From Candidatus Pyrohabitans jungbluthii (GTDB lineage: Archaea > Hydrothermarchaeota > Hydrothermarchaeia > Hydrothermarchaeales > BMS3B): DNA of 64,000 nt. The stretch lies in the NCBI GenBank assembly GCA_002010065.2, contig MTMD02000008.1, positions 96,001-160,000 of the forward strand, given 5' to 3'. Positions 44,675-55,095 of this stretch are shown here, in pieces; within the stretch, counting starts at the first letter, position 1; each line of letters begins with the position of its first letter. The translations under genes and the position numbers were made by a program. The notes beneath the pieces were generated by a model. The model ran no database searches. It had not been told where the DNA came from and saw only the letters and a list, made by a program, of their open reading frames with translations.

Positions 44675-45475
44675 TTGCTGACAAAGCGGATAATCCCATG
44701 CTTAGATGTCAAAGATGGGCGCGTTGTTAAGGGTGTGCACTTTAAGAACCTGCGCGATGCTGGCTCGCCTGTGGAGCTGGCGCGCTTTTACGACGAGCAG
44801 GGTGCGGACGAGCTTGTGTTCCTTGACATAAGCGCCAGCCACGAGGGCAGGAAGACAATGATAGAAGTGGTTAAGGCTACCGCAGACCAAGTTTTTATCC
44901 CCCTTACTGTTGGTGGGGGAATAAGCGAAGTTGAAGATGTGCGCCGGATTTTAAAGGCTGGCGCCGATAAGACAGCGATTAACACCGCGGCGGTGAAAAA
45001 CCCAGAGCTTATTGCCAAAGCCGCGCGAAGGTTTGGCAGCCAGTGCATCGTCGCCGCGATAGATGCAAAGCGGGTTTACGAGGAGAGAGAGGATCGCTAT
45101 GTGGTTGATACCCCCGAGGGTAGGTGCTGGTTTGAAGTTTACATCTACGGCGGGCGCAAGGGCACAGGTAAAGATGCCATAGCCTGGGCAAAGGAGGTTG
45201 AAGCTCTAGGCGCAGGTGAAATTCTGCTCACCAGCATGGATGCCGACGGAACCAAGATGGGCTTCGACATCCCACTCACCCGCGCTGTTGCTGAAGAAAC
45301 GAGCGTACCGGTTATAGCAAGCGGCGGCGCGGGTAAGGTGGAGCACTTCTACGATGCCTTTGCCCATGGTAAGGCGGACGCCGCGCTTGCTGCGAGTGTA
45401 TTCCACTACGGCGAGTACACTGTGCAGGACATTAAGGCTTACCTCAAGGCTCGCGGGATAGAGGTGAGGCTTTGA
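44675..45475 (+). CDS. hisF: Imidazole glycerol phosphate synthase cyclase subunit
   Basis: [33 protein letters not shown]. Confidence 0.97.
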   Translation: MLTKRIIPCLDVKDGRVVKGVHFKNLRDAGSPVELARFYDEQGADELVFLDISASHEGRKTMIEVVKATADQVFIPLTVGGGISEVEDVRRILKAGADKTAINTAAVKNPELIAKAARRFGSQCIVAAIDAKRVYEEREDRYVVDTPEGRCWFEVYIYGGRKGTGKDAIAWAKEVEALGAGEILLTSMDADGTKMGFDIPLTRAVAEETSVPVIASGGAGKVEHFYDAFAHGKADAALAASVFHYGEYTVQDIKAYLKARGIEVRL

Positions 45476-46371
45476 AGGAGCATGATGAGGAGCTTTCTGC
45501 CAGGGAGCTCAGGTTCGCTCTGGTATTCACCATGGCGATTTTTGTGGCTGAGGTGATTGGAGGCATAGTCTCTAATAGCCTCGCTTTGCTCAGCGACGCC
45601 TCGCATGTGTTCAGCGATGCCTTCGCCCTGCTTTTGAGCTTTCTTGCAATAAAGATAGCTGCACGTCCTCCCAGCCTAAGCCGAACCTTTGGTTATCACC
45701 GCGCTGAGGTGCTTGCTGCGCTGGCGAATGGTGTACTTCTATTGGTTATAGCCCTTGCCATCTTCCACGAGGCGTACCAGCGCTTTTTATCTCCACCTGA
45801 GATAAAGCTGAAGGAGATGATGGGTGTTGCCATCCTTGGCTTGGCTGCGAACCTCTTTGTTATGTTCCGTCTTCGGGAGCATGCCCACGAGGATATAAAT
45901 ATACGTGGCGCATTTCTGCACGTGGTGGGCGATACCCTAGGGAGTGTGGGCGTAATCGTCGGCGGGGCAGCGATTTACTTCACAGGCAATACCATCGCAG
46001 ACCCTATTGTGAGCGCATTTATCGCTGCTATAGTCGCTGTTGGGGCGATAAGACTAATAGCCGAATCCTCCCATATTCTGCTGGAGGGCACGCCAAAGCA
46101 CGTGGATGTGCTCTCCCTGAAGCGCTCCTTAGAGGGCATCGCTGGCGTGAAAGATGTGCATGACCTGCACGTGTGGGCGATATGCTCCCACATCAACGCC
46201 GCAAGCGCTCATATCGCCGTTGAAGACCAGATGATAAGCCAGCTTGAAGAAATTCAGCGCGAGGTTAATGAAAAATTTAAGGAGTATAAGATAAACCACA
46301 CCACTCTGCAGTTCGAGTGTCATGGCAGAGAGTGCAGCACCATTGATGTGCTGAAGGAGAGGATGGAATGA
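45472..46371 (+). CDS. Cation diffusion facilitator (CzcD/ZitB-like)
   Basis: [31 protein letters not shown]. Confidence 0.93.
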   Translation: MKEHDEELSARELRFALVFTMAIFVAEVIGGIVSNSLALLSDASHVFSDAFALLLSFLAIKIAARPPSLSRTFGYHRAEVLAALANGVLLLVIALAIFHEAYQRFLSPPEIKLKEMMGVAILGLAANLFVMFRLREHAHEDINIRGAFLHVVGDTLGSVGVIVGGAAIYFTGNTIADPIVSAFIAAIVAVGAIRLIAESSHILLEGTPKHVDVLSLKRSLEGIAGVKDVHDLHVWAICSHINAASAHIAVEDQMISQLEEIQREVNEKFKEYKINHTTLQFECHGRECSTIDVLKERME

Positions 46372-46970
46372 AGCCGCAGATTGCGATAGTGGATTATGGC
46401 ATGGGTAACCTACGGAGCGCATATCGCGGGTTAGAGCGTGGCGGGGCAAAGCCGGTGATTACAGACAAAAAAGAAGACCTTGAGGCAAGCGATGCGATTG
46501 TTTTACCCGGCGTGGGCGCCTTCGAGGATGCCATGGCAAACCTCTACCCGCTTCGCGAGGTTATTATAAAGGAGGCGGAGAAGAAGCCTATGCTTGGTAT
46601 CTGTCTGGGTTTGCAGCTTCTTTTCACCTGCAGCGAGGAGGGTGAAGGCAGAGGGCTGGATTTAATAAAGGGCAGGGTGGTGAGGCTTCCCAGGAATGTG
46701 AAGATACCCCACATGGGCTGGAATTCCCTGGAGATAAAGCGCGACTCAAGGCTGCTCGCAGGGATTAAGAGTGGGGACTACTTCTATTTTGTCCACTCTT
46801 ACTACGCCCAGCCTGAGGAAGAGGTAACCGTGGCGACGACAAGCTACGGTGTGGAGATACCTGCAATAGTAGAGAAGGGCAACGTATTTGCCACGCAGTT
46901 TCACCCGGAAAAGAGCGGAAAGCTGGGGTTAAAGCTGCTGAAGAATTTTGTGGGGATTGCTTCAGAATAG
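46368..46970 (+). CDS. hisH: Imidazole glycerol phosphate synthase glutaminase subunit
   Basis: DYGMGN, PGVGAF, GICLGLQ, QFHPEKS. Confidence 0.97.
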   Translation: MKPQIAIVDYGMGNLRSAYRGLERGGAKPVITDKKEDLEASDAIVLPGVGAFEDAMANLYPLREVIIKEAEKKPMLGICLGLQLLFTCSEEGEGRGLDLIKGRVVRLPRNVKIPHMGWNSLEIKRDSRLLAGIKSGDYFYFVHSYYAQPEEEVTVATTSYGVEIPAIVEKGNVFATQFHPEKSGKLGLKLLKNFVGIASE

Positions 46971-47015
46971 CACATCCCTCTGTATTTTATGGTTATTAAT
47001 AAAATATTATACATA

Positions 47016-47747
47016 TCAGGGCTTCTCTAACTTAAGCGCCTCTCTGAAATCAATCTTGCCCGTGTAGAGTGCCGAGCCGATAACCACACCGAAGGCGCCC
47101 AGGTCTCTAACATTCTTTATATCATCGAGGGAGGATATCCCACCCGAGACGATTACCTTTGCGGGGCTCGCGTTCACAACCTCTTTCACTGCATCCAAAT
47201 CTACTCCGCGCATTCGCCCTTCTACGTTGACGTTGGTGAATAGCATTTCGCTGGTATAACTAGCGAATTCCCTCGCCGCTTCTGACGCTCGGCGCTGCGT
47301 CTTCTCTCTCCACCCACGAATCACCACGTAGCCGTCTTTTGCGTCTAGGGCGACTATTATCCTCTCCCTGCCGTACTCCTCAGCCAGGGTGCGCAACACT
47401 CTGGGCTCTTCCAGCGCTGCCGTGCCTAAAATCACCTTCGCAGCGCCAAGCTCAAGAAAGCGCTTTGCCTCCTCCACGCTCCTTATACCCCCTCCGAACT
47501 GCACAGGTATGCTCAGCCTTGAGATAATCTCCTCCACCAGCGGGCGATTAATTCTGCTCCCCTCTATCGCCGCGTCCAAATCAACGAGGTGCAGCCGCCT
47601 TGCGCCCAGCTTCTGCCAGTGCTCGGCTACAGCGATTGGATCCTCGAGCTCTACCAGCTTCTTGCTCGGGTCGCCGCCCACCAGCTGGACGCAGCGCTTA
47701 CCCTTCAAATCCAGCGCCGGGATTACCAGGAAGCTCATAAGCACCAT
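47016..47747 (-). CDS. hisA: ProFAR isomerase
   Basis: IPALDL, LHLVDLD, GGGIRS, SGGISS. Confidence 0.95.
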   Translation of the reverse strand: MVLMSFLVIPALDLKGKRCVQLVGGDPSKKLVELEDPIAVAEHWQKLGARRLHLVDLDAAIEGSRINRPLVEEIISRLSIPVQFGGGIRSVEEAKRFLELGAAKVILGTAALEEPRVLRTLAEEYGRERIIVALDAKDGYVVIRGWREKTQRRASEAAREFASYTSEMLFTNVNVEGRMRGVDLDAVKEVVNASPAKVIVSGGISSLDDIKNVRDLGAFGVVIGSALYTGKIDFREALKLEKP

Positions 47748-47775
47748 TCCGTGTGACGAAGCGGGTGCGGCGCCC

Positions 47776-48636
47776 TTATTCTATAATCCTCTCAATGGGC
47801 AGAACCAGGATATCGCGAGCCCCAAGCTTCTTGGCCTTGTTTATAATCGAATAAACCTCCTTCTCATCCACCACTGAATTCACCGCATACATTGGCTCAG
47901 CTGCAGCCACCTCGGCTATCGTCGGGCCCGCCATTCCCGGCATTATCTTTTTGATCTCCTCCAGCGCCGCTTTGGGCACATTCATCATTATTAGCTTCTT
48001 TCGCCTGGCTGCGAGCACGCTTGAGAAGGCGGTTATAACCTCCTCCACTTTCTCATGCTTCGTCTTCACTGCCTCTTTGTTGCCTATAAGGTAAGCGGAA
48101 GTTTCAAGGATTGTCTCCACCTCGCGCAGCTTGTTCATCTTCAACGTTGTACCCGTGCTAACCAGGTCCACAATAAGCTCCGCTAAGCCTATGTGGGGTG
48201 CTATCTCGCATGCTCCAGAAACACGAACCACCTTAACATCGATGCCCCTCTCCTCGAAGAAGCGCCGCGTTATGTTGGGGAACTCTGTGGCCACACGCGA
48301 CCCCGGCTTTATATCCTCAACTCTATCTATGCCAGAGTTCTCAGGCGCAGCCACCACCAGGCGAGCTCTACCGAAATCTAAATTAAGGAGAAGCTCCACA
48401 TCGTAACTTGACTCTACCACAACGTCATAGCCTGTGATTCCAAGATCTGCAACGCCATCAAACACAAACTCGGATATATCGGCGGCGCGCACAAAGAGCA
48501 CCTGAATCTCAGGGTCGACGGTGCTTGCAAATAGGCGACGCTCTCCCATATTCAGCACTACCATGCCGGAGCTGCGCATAAGTTGCATCGCAGGCTCGTG
48601 CAGTCTTCCTTTGTTGGGAACGGCTATCTTTATCAT
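47776..48636 (-). CDS. hisG: ATP phosphoribosyltransferase (long form)
   Basis: IAVPNKGRL, RAADI, DLGITG.D, DLVSTGTTL; true start ATG 48636. Confidence 0.95.
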   Translation of the reverse strand: MIKIAVPNKGRLHEPAMQLMRSSGMVVLNMGERRLFASTVDPEIQVLFVRAADISEFVFDGVADLGITGYDVVVESSYDVELLLNLDFGRARLVVAAPENSGIDRVEDIKPGSRVATEFPNITRRFFEERGIDVKVVRVSGACEIAPHIGLAELIVDLVSTGTTLKMNKLREVETILETSAYLIGNKEAVKTKHEKVEEVITAFSSVLAARRKKLIMMNVPKAALEEIKKIMPGMAGPTIAEVAAAEPMYAVNSVVDEKEVYSIINKAKKLGARDILVLPIERIIE

Positions 48637-48658
48637 TTTCAAAACCTCGGGTGATGAT

Positions 48659-49990
48659 ATGGATGTGCTCATAAAAGACGGAATTGTCGTTACTATGGAT
48701 AAGGAGCGGCGGGTATTAAAAAACTTTTCTCTGGCAATTGAGGATGGGGCGATAGTTGAGATTGCCAAGGATATAAAAGGCGAAGCTGATTTTGTGATAC
48801 ACGCAAGGAACAAGATAGTGATGCCGGGGCTCATAAATACGCACACCCATGCGGCGATGACGCTGTTCAGGGGCAGCGCCGACGACCTGCCACTGATGCA
48901 GTGGCTTCAAGAAGAAATATGGCCAGTGGAAGCAAAGCTTGAGCCCAAGCATGTTTATGCAGGTTCTCTGCTCGCCTGCCTGGAGATGCTTAGCAGCGGG
49001 ATAACCTGCTTTAACGACATGTACTACTACCTGGAAGAGGTGGCGAGGAGCGTTGCCGAGTCAGGAATACGCGGTGTACTCTCCTATCCCCTCCTTGACA
49101 TCGCCGGTGAGGAGCAGGGGGAAAAGCTCCTAAGTGAGGCTGAGAAGGGGCTCAGGGATTACGGAAATAAAGATTCGCGAATAAAGGTGTTTCTTGGTCC
49201 CCACGCGCCCTACACCTGCTCCAAGGAGCTTCTGCTCAAGGCTAAAGAGCTGGCTGAGGAGTACAACACAGGGATACACATCCACGTCTCCGAGACCAAG
49301 GAGGAGGTGGAGAGCTTCATTAAGGATAAGGGGATGCGCCCCTTTGAGTACCTAGATGCAATAGGCTTCTTGGGCGATAACGTTCTTGCAGCGCATGCAG
49401 TGCATGTGAGCAGGGAGGAGATAGAGTTAATGAGGAAGCGCAGCGTGAAGGTTGCCCACAACCCTGTGAGCAACATGAAGCTCGCCGCAGGCATAGCCCC
49501 TGTGGCTGAGTATGCTAAGGCTGGAATCACCGTCTCCCTAGGCACCGACGGCGCGGCGAGCAACAACACCCTAGACTTATTCGAGGAGATGAAGACATGC
49601 GCTCTGCTTCAGAAGATCACCACCCGAGATGCGAGTGCGCTGCCCGCGCATGAGGTGCTTGAGTTTGCAACAATCAACGCTGCTCGAGCGCTTGGCCTGG
49701 ATAAAGAAATAGGCTCCCTCGAGGTGGGTAAGCGAGGCGATGTAATTATAGTAGACATGCAAAAGCCCCATCTCAAGCCCATGAGCAACCCTATTTCGCA
49801 CCTTGTGTACGCCGCCAGAGGCAGCGATGTTTCTACTGTGATAGTAGACGGCAAGGTGATAATGCACGAGGGGAGCTTCAGAACTCTAGACGTAGCAGAG
49901 GTTTGCAAATTCGCGGAGGAAGAGGCTTTTGATTTGTTTGAAAAGGCGGGCAAGGGGGACAGGTTATTCCGGGTTGAGGAAGTCCTTTAG
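48659..49990 (+). CDS. 5'-deoxyadenosine/MTA/SAH deaminase (amidohydrolase)
   Basis: PGLINTHTH, PHAPYTC, HIHVSE, GTDG.ASNN; start ATG 48659. Confidence 0.9.
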   Translation: MDVLIKDGIVVTMDKERRVLKNFSLAIEDGAIVEIAKDIKGEADFVIHARNKIVMPGLINTHTHAAMTLFRGSADDLPLMQWLQEEIWPVEAKLEPKHVYAGSLLACLEMLSSGITCFNDMYYYLEEVARSVAESGIRGVLSYPLLDIAGEEQGEKLLSEAEKGLRDYGNKDSRIKVFLGPHAPYTCSKELLLKAKELAEEYNTGIHIHVSETKEEVESFIKDKGMRPFEYLDAIGFLGDNVLAAHAVHVSREEIELMRKRSVKVAHNPVSNMKLAAGIAPVAEYAKAGITVSLGTDGAASNNTLDLFEEMKTCALLQKITTRDASALPAHEVLEFATINAARALGLDKEIGSLEVGKRGDVIIVDMQKPHLKPMSNPISHLVYAARGSDVSTVIVDGKVIMHEGSFRTLDVAEVCKFAEEEAFDLFEKAGKGDRLFRVEEVL

Positions 49991-51064
49991 GCGCGCGATT
50001 GCGTGGTACTTCTCCTTTTTGCCGAGCTTTGCTTCTTCCAGCGCTTCTTTTAGCAAGGAGATGCTCCTGTCGTAGTTTTCCCTGTCTACCGGGTAAGGGA
50101 AGCCGTCTTTGCCACCGTGGGCAAAGGAGTACTTTACCGGGTCCTGCCAGTCGCATTCTGCGCCGAATAAGAGCTCTGAGAGCAGCGCTAGGGCACGCAG
50201 AGTCTTTGCCCCTAACCCGCGCAGCGCCACAAGCTCCTCATAGTTAGAGGGCTGAATCTCATATGCTTTAGCCAGCGCCTGCCAGCCTTTCTCCGAGATA
50301 TCTACCCTGAGCACAGCATGGCGAGCGGGCATGGCGAGGGTGCTCGAAGAGAAGTCCGCTAAGGTAAGCTGCCCTTTTAGATACTTTCTGAGCCGCAGGG
50401 GGTTGTCCTTTACCAGGTCGACGCTTGCCTTTCTCACCTCCTCGCTCTGCTTAGCCACGAGGTTGAGTACCTGCTGTTCCCGCCTCTCGCTAGCGATGCC
50501 GGAGTGGGGCTCACAGGTGAAGCTTTTAACGCCTTCGCTGAGCCAGTGGTAACGCCGTGCATAGCGCTCATGCATACCCTGCTGAACCACACACCACTCG
50601 CCGCGCTGGGTGAAGATAAAGGCGTGGTGGTAGAGCGTATAGCCGTCCTGCACGCACGCGTTGTCCACCTTTGCGCTCAGCCTGCTCGCCCTTATGAGCT
50701 CCTCTGCTCGCTGAGATGCTAAGCCGAGCGTCTCAGATAGCTGGGCTATCTCCTCCGGAGCCCTGCGCGAAGTTTTACCTTTCCCTCCAGCCAGGGCGAT
50801 GCCGTGCTCCTCAGGCGAGAGTGCGAGTTTTAGAGCCCCTGTCGTGGTGGTAGTAGTGCCCGAAGAGTGCCAGTCAAAGCCCAGGGCGCACGCGAAGGCC
50901 TGAAACCAGAAGGGCGACGCCAACCTGCGTAGAAGCTCCTCCTCACTGTACTCGAAGACTATATAGTCCACCACAGCGCGGCTCAGCTTTACCATCCGCT
51001 TGAACAGCCAGGGCGGTGCTTTGCCTGAGTGGAGTGGAAGCTCTGCTATGCCCGAGCGCTTCAT
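49964..51064 (-). CDS. DUF763 family protein
   Basis: LPLH.GKAP.WL..RM, DWHSSGTTT, QDGY.LYHH, HGGKDG.P.PV. Confidence 0.88.
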   Translation of the reverse strand: MKRSGIAELPLHSGKAPPWLFKRMVKLSRAVVDYIVFEYSEEELLRRLASPFWFQAFACALGFDWHSSGTTTTTTGALKLALSPEEHGIALAGGKGKTSRRAPEEIAQLSETLGLASQRAEELIRASRLSAKVDNACVQDGYTLYHHAFIFTQRGEWCVVQQGMHERYARRYHWLSEGVKSFTCEPHSGIASERREQQVLNLVAKQSEEVRKASVDLVKDNPLRLRKYLKGQLTLADFSSSTLAMPARHAVLRVDISEKGWQALAKAYEIQPSNYEELVALRGLGAKTLRALALLSELLFGAECDWQDPVKYSFAHGGKDGFPYPVDRENYDRSISLLKEALEEAKLGKKEKYHAIARLKDFLNPE

Positions 51065-51100
51065 AGTAGATAATAAAATCCTAACCAGTGAATTTGATGC

Positions 51101-51613
51101 CTACCACCTGTCGAGGTGCACCCTCTCCTCCATGTATTCTCCTTCTTCATGTGGGGCCTTTTGCTCGGCGGGTTTTCCTACTGTTATCATGCACTCCACA
51201 TTGTAGCCTTCTGGAATTCCCAAAAATTTCTTGACATACTCTTCCGCATCTCGCCCCTCATTTTCGCTGTCCCTTATCTGAATGAAGCAGGTGCCATATC
51301 CCAGGTCAGCTGCCTGGAGCATGATGTGAGCAGCGGCGATGCTAAGGTCCTCTATCCATCGCTTCGCCAGTTTCATGTCCGCTACAAGCACAATCACCAC
51401 TGGAGCTCCGGCAGCATGCGCAGCATATGGGGTAGCCTTGGAAAGCTTCTCCTTCAATTCAGGGTCCTTTACCACTACGAAATGCCACGGCTTAGCCCCC
51501 CAGGCTGAGGGAGCATACATCGCAGCCTCGAGAATCTTTTTCAAGTCTCCTTCTGGCACCTCCTCATTCCTATACTTCCTTATAGACCTCCTCCTACGCA
51601 TAGCTTCAAGCAT
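51101..51613 (-). CDS. Nitroreductase family protein
   Basis: RRSIRKY, APSA....PW.F.VV, G.GTC; likely start MLEAM. Confidence 0.9.
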   Translation of the reverse strand: MLEAMRRRRSIRKYRNEEVPEGDLKKILEAAMYAPSAWGAKPWHFVVVKDPELKEKLSKATPYAAHAAGAPVVIVLVADMKLAKRWIEDLSIAAAHIMLQAADLGYGTCFIQIRDSENEGRDAEEYVKKFLGIPEGYNVECMITVGKPAEQKAPHEEGEYMEERVHLDRW

Positions 51614-51761
51614 TGTTATCCCTCCTGCAATACATTGGAAGCCGGGACCATATATATCTTCTTGCACCCACAGCATAACGCCTGCTATAATAAAGTTTTA
51701 ATTTGTTATTATGAGTTCAACAGACGCGAACACATTAAAACGGAAGGAGGAGTGATGAAAG

Positions 51762-52133
51762 ATGTGCAAGAATGTGACACCACAGGAAGCATACAACATG
51801 ATTCAGAGGGATAAGAGCATTGAAATCCTCGATGTTAGAACCCCTCAGGAGTATTATAATGATGGACACATAAAGGGGGCGAAGCTAATCCCCATAAGCG
51901 AGCTCCAGTTCCGCCTGAGGGAGCTTAACCCAGCGAAGAAGTACCTGATATACTGCCGCACTGGTAACAGAAGTGCCCAGGTGTGCAGATTCCTCTCTCA
52001 GCTGGGGTTCAAGCACACCTACAACCAGATGGGCGGCATAGTGCAGTGGATCAGGTATGGGCTTCCCATCGAAGGGGGTATGCCATATCGCCGTACACCA
52101 GGGTTCTTTACGTTTAACCCATTTGGTCTCTGA
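51762..52133 (+). CDS. Single-domain rhodanese
   Basis: LDVRTPQEY..GHI.GA; YCRTGNRS. Confidence 0.9.
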   Translation: MCKNVTPQEAYNMIQRDKSIEILDVRTPQEYYNDGHIKGAKLIPISELQFRLRELNPAKKYLIYCRTGNRSAQVCRFLSQLGFKHTYNQMGGIVQWIRYGLPIEGGMPYRRTPGFFTFNPFGL

Positions 52134-52179
52134 AATTTTTTATACCCCCTCTACTTTATTTAATGGAGGAGGGTGACCA

Positions 52180-53328
52180 GTGAAAAACCTAAGAATACTT
52201 GCAGGAATCTTGACGGCGCTGTTGATAATATCCCTCGCCGCTGGTAACGCCTTCGCCGCTATGCCGGAGAAGGTAGCCCAAGCGGTTGCTGAAGGCGGCG
52301 TGGATATGAACCAGGAGCCAGGGTTCTTGGAAATCCCTGGTGCGCCCAAGGTTAACTTAGCCCTCGCCTTTCTGTGGGCAATCTGGGTAGGCTGGATATT
52401 CTCCACCGTCGGTGCCTTTGGCGGTGTGATGGCAGGCGTGGGACACCTCACTGTATTTGGGCTTGGAGACTACGCCTCAAGCTTTAAGAAGACCAACCCT
52501 ACGCTTAACAAGCTCATAACAGACAGCATACGCGTCTCCAACCAGTGGCTCGTTGGCTTCTCCGCCCTGATATCCACTATGAACTACTACAAAATGAGGC
52601 GTATCGTTGTGCCTTTAGGGCTAGCGCTTGGCAGCGGGGCTGTAATTGGGAGCCTAGCTACGCCCATCCTGACCGCTGGTAAGGTCTCCCTGAAGTCTTA
52701 TATCGGCTACTTCGGCTTATTCACCCTCTTCGTGGGCTTTGTGCTCCTCTACGAGAGCACCCCCAGGGCGCAGACTTCAAAAAAGAAGGCAGCGGAGGCA
52801 GCGAAGGCGTTCGAGGCGAAGGTGAGGGAGCTCAAAGAACAGGGAAGGCTGAAGGAGATAGAGAAAGAGGGCGTGCGCATGACAGAGACCAGCCCCACCA
52901 GGATGAGCTTTACCTTCTTTGGGCAGGAATTCAGCTTCAATCCCCTGTTCCCATTCTTCGGGGGGTTGGTGATTGGCTCCTTGGCTTCTCTCCTCGGCGT
53001 GGGTGGCGGCTTCCTGTATGTGCCATTCCTCACCAGCGTTGTTGGCTTACCCTACTTCATCGTGGCAGGAACCTCTGCGCTTACTGTGCTAATAGGCATG
53101 GTGGTGAGCATCTTCAGCTACATGGCTATAAAGGGCATTCCAGTGTACTGGGGGCTCATCGGCGTGGAGCTTCTCGGCGTGGCGATAGGTTCATACATAG
53201 GCCCAAAGACCTCCAAGTACTTCCCGGAGAGGTACCTGAAGATACTCTTCGCCATCCTTGCGTTCTATGTGGGCATAAGGTACCTCACCAAGGGATTCCT
53301 GGGTAGAAGCCTCCTCCCGCCCTACTGA
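52180..53328 (+). CDS. TauE/SafE (TSUP) sulfite/sulfonate exporter family protein
   Basis: GAFGG..AG.G and LGVGGGFL.VP motifs; AGTS; multiple TMs. Confidence 0.85.
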   Translation: MKNLRILAGILTALLIISLAAGNAFAAMPEKVAQAVAEGGVDMNQEPGFLEIPGAPKVNLALAFLWAIWVGWIFSTVGAFGGVMAGVGHLTVFGLGDYASSFKKTNPTLNKLITDSIRVSNQWLVGFSALISTMNYYKMRRIVVPLGLALGSGAVIGSLATPILTAGKVSLKSYIGYFGLFTLFVGFVLLYESTPRAQTSKKKAAEAAKAFEAKVRELKEQGRLKEIEKEGVRMTETSPTRMSFTFFGQEFSFNPLFPFFGGLVIGSLASLLGVGGGFLYVPFLTSVVGLPYFIVAGTSALTVLIGMVVSIFSYMAIKGIPVYWGLIGVELLGVAIGSYIGPKTSKYFPERYLKILFAILAFYVGIRYLTKGFLGRSLLPPY

Positions 53329-53352
53329 GAGGGGTTTAGCCCCCTCTTTTTT
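53328..53352 (+). terminator. Hairpin plus oligo-T terminator
   Basis: AGAGGGG-tttagc-CCCCTCT followed by TTTTT. Confidence 0.65.
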
Positions 53353-53374
53353 CTGGTTACACTTTTTATATTTC

Positions 53375-53980
53375 ATGGTCTCTATGAGCTTTGAAACCAT
53401 ATTTTCCATCATGGATTCTCTGCTTCTGCCATTTTTTGGACTTTCAGCAAGTCCAGCGAAATCCTATCTCATAGGTGTACTCTTCCTCGCCCTTTTAGCC
53501 AATCTTATTGGAGAAGTTTTCACTGATATCATCTTCAGAAAGAACATGGAAGAGATAGCCAGACTTAAGGCAGAGGCAGACAAGCTGGGAGAGCTCGCGA
53601 TGCTCGCCCTTTCTGTAGATAACCTCCAGGCATACGAAGCGTGCAACCGCAGAGCCAACGAGAACTTCAGCAGGCTCTTCTACCTTTCCATAGCGACGTC
53701 CGCCGCTTACCTTTGGGCAGGGTTCCTCACCCTTGGCTGGCTTCAGTCCCGCTTCATGGGCAGAGTGGAGTTCCTGCTCCCGTTTACCCTCCCCGGCTTC
53801 CCCGGAAGCTTCGGCTATGCAGGAGCATTTATCCTTGCATATGCGCTGGTGTATGTACTCTTCAAGCTCGTAAAACCCTACTTCTGGAAGGTTCCAGAAA
53901 TTTCCCCAGAGGAAGTTGAAAATTCCATACTCAGCCCTGAGGAAATTAGAGAGATGATGGAGCGGTTAAAGAAGAGCTAA
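53375..53980 (+). CDS. Hypothetical membrane protein
   Basis: Three TMs with a helical insert (Y.ACN..AN..F). Confidence 0.65.
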   Translation: MVSMSFETIFSIMDSLLLPFFGLSASPAKSYLIGVLFLALLANLIGEVFTDIIFRKNMEEIARLKAEADKLGELAMLALSVDNLQAYEACNRRANENFSRLFYLSIATSAAYLWAGFLTLGWLQSRFMGRVEFLLPFTLPGFPGSFGYAGAFILAYALVYVLFKLVKPYFWKVPEISPEEVENSILSPEEIREMMERLKKS

Positions 53981-55095
53981 AGCAGGTTGTAAAGCGTATC
54001 CCTCTTCCTGGGCTCAAAGCCTGCATCGCGGATAAGCCTGCGAATCTCAGCTTCACTCATCATCTCGTTACTCGCGCCTGCGCTTCTTGATATATTCTCC
54101 TCCATCAGCGTGCCCCCGAAGTCGTTGGCGCCGAAGCCCAGCATTAGCTGCGCAAGCTTCCTTCCGAGCTTCACCCAGGACACCTGGATATTCCTGAAGT
54201 TGTCCAGATAGAGCCGGGATATCGCGTACACCTTTAGATCCTCCATGCCGGTTGCCCCGGGCTTGCTTGACCCCGAGGCGTATAGGGACGTGCGATAATG
54301 GATGAATGAGAGGGGCACAAACTCAGTAAAGCCCTGTGTTGAGTCCTGAATCTCGCGTATTATCCTGAGGTGCTCCACTTTATCGCTGGCGCTCTCCACG
54401 TGCCCGTAGAGCATCGTAGCGGTAGTGGGTATGCCGAGGCGATGCGCCTGGGTTATAACCTCCACCCATTCTTTGGTCTTGAGCTTCGCCGGGCAAATCT
54501 TGGCTCGAACCTCATCCACGAGGATCTCAGCCGCTGTGCCAGGCATTGAATCTAAGCCAGCCTCTTTCAGGGTTCTGAGGGTCTCCTTTATGCCTATCCC
54601 GCTCTTCTGCGCAGCATAGTAAACCTCCATGGGCGAGAAAGCATGGACGTGCACCTTGGCTGCGCTTTTAACCGCTTTGAGTATTGCTACGTAGTCCTCA
54701 AGGCTTGCCTCGGGATGAAGTCCGCCCTGGATACACACCTCGCTCGCACCTCTCGCCACCGCCTCCTTCGCGCGCTCAGCCACCTGCTCAGGGGTGAGAA
54801 GATAAGCCTCTGGTTCAGAGCTGCGCCTACGGAAGGCGCAGAAGGTACAGCTACCCACGCAGATGTTGGTAAAGTTGATGTTGCGATTTACAACGTAGGT
54901 TACGTAGGTCCCCGCACGCTGCTCGCGAAGCTTGTGCGCCACCATCCCTGCCAGGAACACAGCATCGCGGGGGGCATTAAATAGGTAAAGAGCCTCATCC
55001 TCAGTAATCCTCTCGCCTGCTAAGGCTTTTTCCAGTATCCTCAGCGCCTCTTCCTCCACATTGAAAAGCGAGGTAAGCGTGCTAGTCTCTAGCAT
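53977..55095 (-). CDS. cofH: FO synthase subunit 2
   Basis: NRNINFTNICVGSCTFCAF, EVCIQGGLHP, MPGTAAEIL, NIQVSWVKLG. Confidence 0.93.
   Translation of the reverse strand: MLETSTLTSLFNVEEEALRILEKALAGERITEDEALYLFNAPRDAVFLAGMVAHKLREQRAGTYVTYVVNRNINFTNICVGSCTFCAFRRRSSEPEAYLLTPEQVAERAKEAVARGASEVCIQGGLHPEASLEDYVAILKAVKSAAKVHVHAFSPMEVYYAAQKSGIGIKETLRTLKEAGLDSMPGTAAEILVDEVRAKICPAKLKTKEWVEVITQAHRLGIPTTATMLYGHVESASDKVEHLRIIREIQDSTQGFTEFVPLSFIHYRTSLYASGSSKPGATGMEDLKVYAISRLYLDNFRNIQVSWVKLGRKLAQLMLGFGANDFGGTLMEENISRSAGASNEMMSEAEIRRLIRDAGFEPRKRDTLYNLL

Noticed and set aside
48521-48846. Apparent long overlap of the hisG and deaminase ORFs
   Set aside because: Artefact of maximal ORF extension; family N-termini begin at 48636 and 48659
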